From: Octopus vulgaris
Taxonomy: Eukaryota
NCBI GenBank assembly: GCA_951406725.2
Contig: OX597825.1
Coordinates: 40,920,001 to 40,984,000 of the forward strand
DNA: 64,000 nt
Direction: 5' to 3'
In this document: positions 26,450 through 37,909 of the stretch, piece by piece
How positions within the stretch are numbered: position 1 is the first letter of the stretch
Layout of the letters: the number at the start of each line of letters is the position of its first letter
The notes under the pieces: generated by a model
The model's input: the letters and a program-made list of their open reading frames with translations, nothing else
What the model was told of the DNA's origin: nothing
Database searches by the model: none
Made by a program: the position numbers and the translations under genes

Positions 26450-28027
26450 ATCAGTTTCTATACCAACAAAATACTACTTAATCCAACACAAAAATACTAT
26501 GAGGTGGGTTTATCTGTGCTTGTGTGTTGTACAAACAACAAAATCTCTCATATTTCTTTACAAGGAGAAAGCAATTTCTTATTGTTTAAACTTGAAATAG
26601 TGAAGGAAAGAAATTCTATCCCAGCAAACATATATGTTACTTTAAGAATTCTGATTGATGACAACCAGAATTGGAAGGCACAAAATCATTTATCATCTAA
26701 TCATCAAAGTGCATATGGCTCCCTAGCAAAACTCATGCATTCTAACTCAATATCATTTATTGTGCATTGTTCAACTTGTGTATTCTACCAGTAAGTATTG
26801 CTGGAAATTTACTAATAAACATCTAAAAGAAAAGTTCTTTCCCCCAAAACTGCTTAAGAATAATGCTTAATGTGTTCATAGCTTTTGATGGTATCTTCTG
26901 CAAGTGAAAGAAAGATGTTCATGAATAACTAATTTCATAATCCAGAAATAGCTAATTTCGTAAATGAAATTAGTTTTTTTTTCAGAAGGATCTCTAAGTA
27001 TATTACATTCTCTTATGTAACAAGTGGCACTTTTTTTAATATTGTTTTACTTCTGAAAGTTGTTTTTGTTCAAGTTTCTGCATCTTTACATTTTGATAAG
27101 TTTGCATTTTTATTTCATTTTGTTTAAGGCTTCCATAATGATACAGTTCTCTGGGAAGTATGAAAATTTTAATGTTTGGAAAAAGTAATCATTATCATAG
27201 AAACAATGCAAAATTTCTTACCTTAATGCTGACTGCACTCATAAAACAATTTTGACCTAACTTAAAAGAAACGAACATGTTTATGAGTGAAATATCTTTG
27301 ATCGTTAAGCTTACTTCACTAGAAATTACCTGGGTCTATACAACAACAGTGAAAACTGACTCTAACTTTAATTATTTATCATTATATAAACTAATAACAG
27401 GCTAATGGCTTGCTATCTTTAGCTAGGTCACTTGACCATCACCTAATCTTGGCTTGAGTATATCAATTGCCACAAAATCTTGGTTTGTTGTAAGAACATT
27501 ACCCCTAAATCAACAGGTAAGAGACCATCAACTAAATTGTTTCTTGCTAGAAATAACAGCTAAATCTCTTTCAAATCCTGTTCTCTCTTGAATAAAAATG
27601 TCTGTACAGAAAATGCAGTCAGGGATAAACAAAACAAAAGAGATGATCATGGGTGAAACGCTTTTAATCATAGGTGTTCTCAGTCATGGCTGTTATGGTT
27701 GAACCACCATAACACCATTATTATTAAATGATCAAATATTTAAACAATTTTCAAATATAAACATGTTTTACTAATCTATTTTTAATACACTTCCTCCAAA
27801 TACCTCGCTTCATGGTTATTATAATAGTTAATCAGATGCTGCATGTAAGATTGCTCTTCTAATGCCTAAAGAATGAGGTTAGTATGATAAAATTTGCATG
27901 ACGTTTAATTATTTGCATAATTAATAAGACTGATATGGTAAACATTTCATTTTTTCTTTTTCAGTAAGACAGAATGTTATAAAGTAGATCTGTATCACTT
28001 TCTCACTACGTAGTTTCTTCTCCTGTG

Positions 28028-28380
28028 AGGCAGTGTCGTAAGAAGCTTGTTTCAGCTCCACAGTGTGGTACCTTGGGTAAATGTTTTTATTTTATTATAA
28101 CATTGGGTCGACCAAAGCCTTGCGAGTGGATTTGGTAAAGGGAGACTGAAAGAAGCCTGTCATATGTGTGTATCGTTTTGTCTATTTGTCCCCCAGTACC
28201 TCTTGACAACTACTGTTGCGTGTTTACATTCCTGAAACTTAGCAACTTGGCAAAAGAGACTAATAGAATGAGTTCCTGGCGTTAGAGAAATAGTACTGGT
28301 GTCAATTCATTCAATTAGAAATTCTTCAAGATGGTGCCCCCTGCAATCTAGTAACAGAAACATGTAAAAGATAAAAGATA
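28028..28380 (+). mobile_element. SINE (second family)
   Basis: ccaaagccttgcgagtggatttggtaaagggagactgaaagaagcctgtc core, similar to 16070-16400 and 61180-62260; aaagataaaagata tail. Confidence 0.75.
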
Positions 28381-29168
28381 CTTGGAAAATTATATCTTAC
28401 TCGTGATCTTATTACCTTCCAAAACATATATTATCTTGCTTTATTATATTCTGAAATGTCATTTACGTTACATCCAATCACTCTTGAGGTTATGTGTATG
28501 TATGCTCGCAATTGCTGCCCTTCACCAAATTTCACTTAATGGATGTAAGAAATAATATCCTTGTAACTGGTATTTAGCTCTGATTGAGAAGAGTCTGACC
28601 AAAGCTATACCAACAATGATTACTCAATCAAATTGTATATAGAGTTATATTCAAGATAACCTTCCAACTGTTTATCTATTTATTCATTTATTTTGTGATG
28701 GAAGGATAGTATTTAATGGATATTTGACAACTATTATGAGTGACTATATGGGGTCTGCTTAATGGAAAGATGTATTACTTCCTAGGTATTTAGGACTGTG
28801 TTTAATTGAATAGATTCAATATTTGGAGTGAGTGTTATGCAAATTAATAAATGCAATTTCTGTTGTTATGTATTCTGACATAATCATCAGTGTCAAAGAA
28901 AATAGCATTCAGTTCTTTACTTAAGGTTCTTTAAGTTTTGAGTTCAAATCATTCTCTTCCACTCCAGCTGTCAACTTTGCTTTTCATTCCTTCAGTGTCT
29001 GAAAAAATAAAGTACCAGTTAATTATCGAGGCAATTTTATATTTTTATGTTTCAATGTTGATGTGAATGGAATTATAATAAAGCCAAAGAACATTCAAAG
29101 GTATTTGTAATTCTATTTATATTTATGTTTATATTATATAAATATTTATATTTAGTTGTGACGTAATT

Positions 29169-30120
29169 TGTTATGTACAATAAATAAGATAACCAGACAA
29201 CAGTAACAAGAATGTAACATTCTTTGTGATCTAACCAACCAACACCTTCCAACTTCACTGCGAACTAACACGAACTTCATTCGACTCCAAAGTTTGAACT
29301 TTTGTATTCATTCAGACCGTTACTATTTACACTTTACTCGGTTCAGTCTATCTCATCACATCTCACCTTTTGAGATTTTGACTACTCTAAAGAAAGTAGA
29401 ATTTCTTTTCTTTTTTCTTTTTTTCATTTCCAGCGCCCTTCCCTTTTTTTAGTTGTTATATCTTAATTGTTGCCTGACTTTTAAGGTGGCATTGTTAGTT
29501 GCACACAGCATTTTTTCTTTCCTTTGTACTAAGAAATCTTGTTTGCACACTTGTTTGGATTTTGCGAATTTTTTAAATCTAAAATCTTTTTTCGTTTAGG
29601 TGTTACTACCAGATATTCAGTCTGTTTTCGTTTTCTGAAGCTAGTTCTACGGGGTTCAATACCTCTCATTGCTGGCACTTCAAACATATCATTGAAGACT
29701 TCCATTGGTATTACACTTGTCTCATCTTTAATTGGTTAAGGTGTCTCTTATGTTCCGAACGCTGTCCTTTAATTAAATGCATCATGTCATCCTCCCAACC
29801 ATTTTGTAATTTGTAAATGAACTTCATCTCCTATTATTTTGAAACTTTTTGTAATATTTCTAGTGTTTCCTTCGAAAGTAATTTTCGCCTTTTATATGCA
29901 TTTTTCTAGCAATAATTTATCGAAGATCGATTTTATTTTATGCTCAAACATTAACTCTACTGGTGACTTTCCTAAATTAATATTTAGATTTGGCGTTCTT
30001 CTGTATACTCTCAAAAATTTCGTCAGTGTCTCGTCATTATCTAGTTTGTTCTTAGCTTTTCTTAGAGCTCTTTTGAACGCGTCAACAAATATTTCCGCCT
30101 GCCCATTTGACCTGGGATAG
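29169..30120 (-). mobile_element. Gypsy-like LTR retrotransposon 3' fragment (integrase C-terminus, PPT, LTR remnant)
   Basis: Minus strand: YPRSNGQAEIFVDAFKRALRK..FLRVYRRTPN..KSPVELMF; purine tract aaaaaaagggaagggcgc followed by TG at 29432. The LTR far end is uncertain. Confidence 0.75.
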
Positions 30121-30169
30121 GAGAATTAAAAATTGTGCTGATAAGTACTGCCCACATCCTTAGAAAAAG

Positions 30170-31700
30170 CCTATCTATTTAAATGTCTATGTTGTATTAC
30201 ATGAAGATATTTCACTACCTCGCCACCACAAGCTTTCAGTCATATTGTAACATCACTTATCCTTCACCCGCCCCAGGACGCTAGAGATGTGGCCTTCCTA
30301 ATACAGGAAGGCCTCTAGGGATAATCGAGGAACAATACTGCCCGAGATTTACCTGAAACTCTAAGAGCAAGGGCCCTTTCCAATTCCTTCTCTCCGACTC
30401 ACAGGTCTACACCTAGGTCTACATAAACTCTTTCCATTTTCGTAACTTTCACCTACTTTTCTATAAACTCACTCGAAGACAGAACTTTCCTCTCCACTCT
30501 CAATATCCTTTTCAAGTAAAACTTGAAGAAGTCAATGACTGTTCTATCAAAGAGGAATGTTTCTGTCCTAATGCCTTTCAACCTTGTCCACTAAACGAAC
30601 TCTTTCATCACAGCCACCAAACAAACGAAAACTACCTTGCCTAACCGACTGACGGAGAGCGGCGGTGCTATCATCATTACAGACTCGGCCGGCACACAGA
30701 TCCGCCCTACATGTAAGAGAAGCTGTTCGACATATCCCCACAAGTCAGCAATACCCGGACACTGATCGAGGGCGTGCAGAACTGTTTCGTCACTCTGCAC
30801 GCACCTCGTAAAGCCTGACTGCACATCCGTGACTGTAGAGTTTATCTCTAAACGGCAGAGCACCCCCGGTAGCACTTCCAGGCAAAGGACATCTGAAAAT
30901 TATCCATATTTCCCGACCGGAAAGTCCTCCGGAACAGACTAACCAGTTCGTTCTCGTCGGTGCCCAAAGTCTCTCTGAGAACATCATCACACTTCCCCAC
31001 CACTAATCCTCTATAAATTTCTAAAACGGAACTTTTAACTATCCCATTACCTGACTGGTTGAGGGTTGTGAACACCTGATGTCATTTAAGGTGCCAGGCA
31101 TCTAGTCTCGGTCCTTTCTTTACCCGGGACTGTAGCCCCGTCAAAGAGATGAGCTGCGAAAAGAATAGCCTCACAAACTGAACCCACACACGCTCATCGT
31201 CCAGAAATCGCTGCGAGTGGTGTAACCCAAGAGTGTGTCTGTGCATTAGGGGCCACGGCATACGTAATTCACCACTCAGAGGTTGCTGGCAACAGAGTGA
31301 CCACCTGACCATTGAAACGTGTACCTTCCACAAAAATTTTAATAAGAAACGCTCCAGCCTGGTCAAGCAGTAACCGGGACAAGGCACGGTGCTCAGGCGA
31401 TAAATTATGATGGAGACGATGTAAGCATTCACCACCTCTGCCCAATCTTTCAGTGACAGCTTCCTCTCAGCCCATTTCTGGATAAGACTAGCCATCCTGC
31501 TCGTCATCTCGTCCCAGTTCTTATCATTCTGGAGGTCGGGACCAAACAAGACCTCGTGCAGTTTAACTGGTCCGTTGGTTCAACATCCGACGACGCCGTC
31601 CGATAGCATCGTTCAGCATCTCCAGGAGCCCAACAGTAAACCCATCGATTTGATGACGTTGATTTTCGCCCCTGCAACCGACTCATATTCCTTTAGGATG
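30170..31700 (-). mobile_element. L1/Tx1-like LINE 3' fragment
   Basis: WAERKLSLKDWAEVVNAYIVS..FLWK..CQQPLSGELRMP, ALPFRDKL, and the C-terminal Zn motif TRCVQSDETVLHALDQCP. Confidence 0.85.
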
Positions 31701-31724
31701 GTGCCGTAAAAAAAAAAAAATAAA

Positions 31725-31770
<46 letters not shown>

Positions 31771-32419
31771 TAGGAATGACGGTGGTGATTGTAGCAACAA
31801 CAATAATAATGATAATAATTGCAACTCTAACATTGTCATGAACTTAGTAGCAACAATCCTGTCGTATCCCACTTTAACAGTGCTGACTTTGATAGTCAAC
31901 TGGCCAACATTAACAGCGACGATTCTCTTTGTCAGCCAACTACTTCAAACTCTTTACCTCCATTTGTAGCAGCACTAGCCACCTTAATAGCAGCAACAGT
32001 GTTACAGGTGGCTCCGAAAAATAAAACTTGACACTGATAATGGCACAACCATCCTGAATAACATTTGCATCGATTCATGTTAAATGAAGATTATATAGTT
32101 ACTTGAGATCATGTCAATTGTTTTAACTTCCACCATTGCAATGGTAGTGTTGTTTCTGATAATGATAACCCAACTGTCTCCTACGAAACCCCAGATAATT
32201 TGCTTAACTCTATCAGATCTAACAATAGTTATCACTCTCAGCGGTCCTTGAACTTCACCTGAAGTACTATTGGCCATAAGTTTCCTAAATTAAGTATTTG
32301 GAAAACAAATTTTTATCCCCTCTAAATAATCTATGCTCACCAAAAATATTATCTACAAATGTGATGTAATGACTAATCTAAACATTTTAACCTACATTAT
32401 CAAATTTCTCAATTAGGAT

Positions 32420-33240
32420 GTTCCTAAATCTCTGGCCATATGAAGGGTCCTTAAGCTTCCAAATCCTTCATTTTCAAATTGGTCTGCTTTTTGGCATCCT
32501 TCAGGCATGGAGTCTAAAGTCATTAATGACTAGTCTATGTTAGGGGTACATTCTTCAACAAGGAGGCTCATTGTGTTTAGGAGCCGCCATGCATCCCGTT
32601 GCCTGGTGAGAATGTAATCGATTTGGCGAACACAGTCATCTGATTGGTAGGTTATAGATGACTGGCTTCCTAAAGTTGATGTTGCAGATCAATCGGTTAT
32701 TCGCATCACGGAACTCCAGTAGCCTTGTGCCCTCCTCGTTTCGGGAACCAATTCCATGCACCCATGTACACCATGGAAGATACCGGGCTACTGTGCAACA
32801 TGCCCGTTGAAATCCCCATCTACGTAGATGATATCATTGTCATTCGTCTTTGAGGTAGCATGCAGAAGAATATCATAAAAATGGTCCTTTGGTCATTTGG
32901 TAGGCCCACTCTGGGTTCATAGGCAGAAATAATTGTCGCTATACTATTCTGCAAGACTAAACTGACCTTAAGTACTCTATCACATTCTTTGACTACCTCT
33001 ATGACCTTACTCACCCATTTCTCTGCAAGGCGTATGCCCACACCACCTACCCCGTCCCTGTTACCTTCCTATAAGATTTTATACTTATGTGTCTTACCTG
33101 TGAGGAACCTGGCTGAAGCTCCTCTCCACCTTACCTCTTGGATGGAGCATACATCGACACGCCTCCATTCAAGCATCTCAACAATATCGCTAGAACTACC
33201 TTTCTGTGTACCTACATTGCCAGTGCCAACTCTGAAGAGT
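32420..33240 (-). mobile_element. RTE LINE 5' fragment (APE endonuclease)
   Basis: RVGTGNVGT, IQEVRWRG, IISAYEP, GDFNGHV, RNEEGTRLLEF, QIDYILTR. Confidence 0.85.
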
Positions 33241-33289
33241 GGGAAAGGGACGAGGGAGGGAACAAGGGAAGGAGAGATAGTATTCGCAC

Positions 33290-34165
33290 CTGAAAAGGTT
33301 TCAATGATCGTTTGATAACAGACATGTCACGTCGGTTGTTCTCGATTTAACCTACCATAACTCAAACATGTTAAAACTGCTGCCCCTATTGGGGGTGAGT
33401 GTAATGTAAGCATTGTAAATATAAGTGTTATGGGCGTTGTAAATATAAGCATTATTGCTGCTAATATAAATAGGTTAATGTTTAAATTAAGTAGATGAGC
33501 TGCTATTGGTCAGTTCATTATATAGAGAGAGGAAGAGGTAGGTGGTTTGTTAATTTTCTAAATAACACATTTCCTTTTGCTATATGCAGTACTGTAGATG
33601 ATTGCCGGTGGTGTTGGGTGGGGAGCTATGGAAGTCTTCTGGTACAAAAGCGAGGCAGAGCTCTGTAGGAGTTTCCGGTATAAGAGAAGGGATTTCCGGT
33701 ATAGGCGGTGGGTGCGGGACTGAGTGGGCTCAACGCGGAGAAGCAATGGCTGACTTCACCTCAGGACATAGCAGTAAGAAGATACTTGTGAGAGAGAGGA
33801 AGAGAGACTTGGAAGAATTTATCGCTGGTGAAACATGGCCAGTATGAGAAAGACACAAGTTATAAAACAAGGCGAGAATGTTTACGACTTTTAGAGTGAG
33901 AGGGAGAAATTGCTGAGAAAGTCATGGTAAAGTATGGAAACACATGGGTTATGAAACAAGGAGAGAATACTGCAAAGATTTCAAGAATTGCAAGTTTTGA
34001 AAGACATTCTATACATTTTTTGTAATTCATGCATTTAATATACTTCATATATTGATTTGTCTAACTTGCTTATACCTACATTTACTTCTATACCTGCTCG
34101 AGTTTAAATATCTTGAGTGCTTCTTAGTGTATTCTATACGGAGAATATGTGATTCTCATTTATGA
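33290..34165 (+). mobile_element. Possible BEL/Pao 3' end plus LTR
   Basis: Peptide remnant D.RHVTSVVL...KLLPL, then purine-rich gggggtgag and TGT at ~33400, followed by an LTR-like ~750 bp with a TATA-like tract. Confidence 0.35.
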
Positions 34166-34171
34166 ACTACG

Positions 34172-34205
<34 letters not shown>

Positions 34206-34249
34206 TGTATGTATGTATGTATGCATGTATGTATGTATGTATGTATATA

Positions 34250-34280
<31 letters not shown>

Positions 34281-34339
34281 GCATATATATATATATGTAC
34301 ATACATACATATGTGTGTGTGTGTGTGTGTGTGTGGAAG

Positions 34340-35680
34340 GTTGAAAAGTAACACACGAGTTGATATATTTAAGGAAAATAAAACAAGGTAGAAAATGCTA
34401 AAATAAATTGATCCTGAAGAACATTTTAGTACCGGTTTCAGACTTTTTGACTTTTACAGCTTAGAAAAACAATTAAATCGCGCCAAAGAATGATACCTCT
34501 TCTAGTTATTTTCTGTGTACTGGGAGAATGGGTTGCTATATTTTTCTAGTACCTTATGATAAAGATTGAATTTTAGGTACCCCATGACTAGGTTAGCAAA
34601 GGAAGGAGCCATTCTCTTACCCATTGCAGTGAACGACTTTGTCGATCGAAGTTGTCTTTGAAGATGAAGAAGTTATTTCCCAAGATTAATTTTAGCCTTT
34701 CTATTACGAATCCTTTTTTGATGCTGTGTGGAAGCTCAAAGGAGTAATTCTCTAGCAAGATCTGGATTGCCTCTATTCCTAGGCTGTGACGATATTAGAA
34801 TAGAGTTTGGCTACATCGAAGGGTTCTAGTAGTGTGTTTTTATTTATTGTTTCGGGGAGCTGATTGAACATATCTAGGCCATCCCTTATGTAGCTTTTGA
34901 TATGCTTGAGGAACGGTTTCAAGAGGTTATCTAAACCCAATGAAAGAGGGTTTGGGAGGCAAACATTCCAGTGACGAGGAAGTGAAAACTGTATTGAAGA
35001 AGTAGCTCAAAGAACAGTCAACAGAATTTTAAGGGAGAGGGATACATAATCTCATTCGAAGGTAGAATATTGCTACTGAGAGAAATGGCGACTATGTTGA
35101 GAAGTAGGGATGTAATTCACAGAGGACCAGCTTCATTTTGACGTATGATACACATTCCTATGTTTGTAATTATACCTGTCCTAAATAAAATAGCATTATG
35201 TTTTGACTCACCCTCGTAGGTAGGATACTTTTCGCTTTTTCTGTCTGTCTCTCTCTTTTACTAAAAAGTTACTGAGGCGGTGAGTTTTGCATGCGGGACC
35301 TACTATTATAGGTCATAATTTGAGGTCATTAGGAGTAGGTACATTGATTGTTATGTCTGTGACTTGCCTGCATGCGTTACTTTTTTTTTTACTTTTGTAT
35401 ATCTTAGGAATACCGTAGAATTGACTGGATTTACTTTTGAAGTCGTAATCCTTGTCTGTGAGCCCTTCTCTCTATAGGTTTAATATAGTTTTTAGGCTTC
35501 TCATTATTTTCTGCTGACTATCGTGTAGGACCATTTCATAATATGGATAGCACTAGAGTTATATAGTATACCGTGTCCATTAAAACTACTGTACTCCTTT
35601 TATCAGCCTCTTTGTTATTGATTCATCATCCTTTAATCTATTCATCATTTCAGATCTGCTACTACCTCCCGAGCCTTCAC
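34340..35680 (-). mobile_element. Neptune-like PLE RT fragment and 3' tail, interrupted by an inverted copy of adjacent DNA
   Basis: 35680-35261: KEADKRSTVVLMD, FYGIPKIYKS, PIIVGPACKTHRLSNFL. 34935-34500: DNLLKPFLKHIKSYIRD, FDVAKLYSNI, TAMGKRMAPSFANLVMGYL. Confidence 0.85.
34936..35262 (+). repeat. Inverted copy of 35684-36010 (mariner 3' end plus its flank)
   Basis: Includes the flank ggtaggatacttttcgctttttctgtctgtctctctctttt and shares diagnostic bases (tattgaagaagtagctc) with the minus arm. Confidence 0.9.
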
Positions 35681-35729
35681 AAAAGTAAAAGAGAGAGACA
35701 GACAGAAAAAGCGAAAAGTATCCTACCTA

Positions 35730-36311
35730 CGAGGGTGAGTCAAAACATAATTCTATTTTATTTAGGACAGGTATAATTACAAACACTGGAATGTGTATCA
35801 TACGTCAAAATGAAGCTGGTCCTCTGTGAATTACATCTCTACTTCTCAACATAGTCGCCATTTCTCTCAGTAGCAATATTCCACCTTCGAATGAGATTAT
35901 GTATCCCTGCCCCGTAAAATTCTGTTGACTGTTCTTTGAGCTACTTCTTCAATACAGTTTTCACTTCCTCGTCACTGGAATGTTTGCCTCTCAAACCCTC
36001 TTTCATTGGGTCAAAGAAATGATAGTCCAGTGACGATGATAGTCCAGTGACGATAATAGTCCAGTGACGAGGAAGTGAAAACTGTAATTAAGAAGTGGCT
36101 CAAAGAACAGTCAACAGAATTTTAAGAGAGAGAGAGATACATGCTCTCGTTCGAAGATGGAACATTGCCATTGAGAGAAACGGTGACTATGTTTTGAAGT
36201 AGGGATGTGATCCACAGTGGGCCAGCTTCATTTTCATGTATGATACATGCTCCTGTGTTGGTAATTATACCCGCCCTAAACAAACTGGCATTACTTTTTA
36301 ACTCACCCTCG
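35730..36311. mobile_element. Mariner-derived fold-back MITE made of two inverted transposase 3' ends
   Basis: TA|cgagggtgagtcaaaa ... tttaactcaccctcg|TA; arms encode SDEEVKTV.KKWLKEQSTEF..NGDYV; (atagtccagtgacg)x3 in the spacer. Confidence 0.85.
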
Positions 36312-36390
36312 TATTTCAAGACTATGAAAATATTTAAAGAAAAAAACTTTTCATTTAATTTTTCCACAATTCAATAGATTTTCTTACTTT

Positions 36391-36435
36391 ATTTTAAGTT
36401 GAAAAAGTCGAAATGACTGAAATCGGTACTAAAAT
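36391..36435 (+). ncRNA. Minimal hammerhead-like motif with a U3-A8 variant core
   Basis: attttaag-TTGAAAA-agtc gaaat gact-GAAA-tcgg-TA-ctaaaat; an inverted sister copy at 34423-34468 has the palindromic accggt. Confidence 0.6.
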
Positions 36436-36495
36436 GCTCTTCATGGTTAAAATTATTTTAGCATTTTCTACCTTGTCTTATTTTTCTTATATATA

Positions 36496-37896
36496 CAGGG
36501 TGTTCCAAAAGAAACAGTGCAGTAGGAATATGCTAATAACCCAAAGAAACAAAACTCACAGAAAAATACTATTTATTGCAAATATTCACAAATTCAATAC
36601 CTTATCAACTAAAGTACGATTGAGGATTGACTCGTGCAGTAAGATATGATCTACAATAACTGTTGAAAGTGTGCGCCATTCACCTGCAGACATAAACGAG
36701 CGCGACGCTGCGTGTTTTGAAAAACACACTCAAGTTCATCAGGTTTGATGTTTTGAATAACACTTGTTATTTTCTGCTTCAGTTCATCCGTAGTTCGAGG
36801 ATTGTCTGCATACACTGAGTCTTTCAATTTGCCCCACAAATAAAAGTCAGGAGGTGTTAAATCCGGTGATCGAGGTGGCCACAAACCACGAGAGATCACA
36901 CGATCCCCAAAGACATCACCAACTGCAGCCATACTGACACGAGCCGTATGTGCAGTTGCACCATCTTGCTGGAACCAGCCTTGTTGCTTTTCTTGCTCCG
37001 TCAGTTGATCAAAAAATGGCTCCAGGATGTTATGAATGTAACACTCAGATGTGATGGTGTTTTCAAAAAATATAGGTCCAATTATACGCCGCCTTGACAA
37101 AGCACACCAAACACCAACTTTTTGATCGTGGAGTGGTTTCTGAAACAGAGCATGAGGATTTATTGTAGACCACACTCTAGAGTTCTGACTGTTCATGTAC
37201 CCGGACAAATGGAACCATGCTTCATCACTGAAGAATGTATGGTTTAAAATGTTTTCACCTTTCTCTAGAATAAAATTTTCAAACCGCCGACAGAAGAGTA
37301 CGCGTTTTTCTGAATCCTGAGGCTTCAGTTCATGAACAACATGCACTTTATATGGAAAGAATTTAAGTTGATGCACTGCTCGGTGAGTTGATGTTAGAGA
37401 TATCCTAGTTTCTTGAGACAAACGCCTCAAAGACTTTCGTGGGCTCCTCTGCAGTTTGTTGGTAACATTCTGTAAGACTGTATCTGTAACGACTTTTGGG
37501 CGGCCACTTTTGGGTTTGTCTTGAACACTTCCAGTTTTTTTGAACTTATGCAACAAAGCGGAAACACAATTTCGATGCGGCAAACGTTCTGCACCAAATT
37601 TTTCTTGAAATGACTCTTGCACTTCTTTTGTGTATTTGCCACCATCTCGGAAAACATTTTCAACAATAAATATCCTTTCTTGTAAGATAAGCACCATTTT
37701 CAAAGGAGTCCCTGAAACAAAAGAATATTTAATATAAATATCTAAAATTTAGATATCTAAATTATCTAAATATAATATTTAAAATCTTTTGGGAAAACAT
37801 TTTCAACTATAAATATCCTTTCTTGTGTTCAGTGCACTGTTTCTTTATGTATACCTATGAAAATGTTCAGTGCACTGTTTCTTTTGGAACACCCTG
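36496..37896 (-). mobile_element. Apparently intact 1401-bp Tc1/mariner element (rosa/DD41D-like)
   Basis: Perfect 26-bp TIRs cagggtgttccaaaagaaacagtgca, TA on both sides, single uninterrupted ORF. Confidence 0.95.
36651..37697 (-). CDS. Transposase, 348 aa from ATG 37697, DD38D catalytic spacing
   Basis: N-terminal HTH (KFKKTGSV..KSGRP), FFSDEAWFHLSGYMNSQN, WFQQDGATAH-...-WPPRSPDLTPPDFYLWG, C-terminal NGAHFQQLL; no stops or frameshifts. Confidence 0.93.
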   Translation of the reverse strand: MVLILQERIFIVENVFRDGGKYTKEVQESFQEKFGAERLPHRNCVSALLHKFKKTGSVQDKPKSGRPKVVTDTVLQNVTNKLQRSPRKSLRRLSQETRISLTSTHRAVHQLKFFPYKVHVVHELKPQDSEKRVLFCRRFENFILEKGENILNHTFFSDEAWFHLSGYMNSQNSRVWSTINPHALFQKPLHDQKVGVWCALSRRRIIGPIFFENTITSECYIHNILEPFFDQLTEQEKQQGWFQQDGATAHTARVSMAAVGDVFGDRVISRGLWPPRSPDLTPPDFYLWGKLKDSVYADNPRTTDELKQKITSVIQNIKPDELECVFQNTQRRARLCLQVNGAHFQQLL

Positions 37897-37909
37897 TATA
37901 TATATATAT

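Noticed and set aside
26504-26794. 96-aa ORF ending at a gtaagt donor
   Set aside because: No recognisable homology, weak acceptor, and a length reachable by chance
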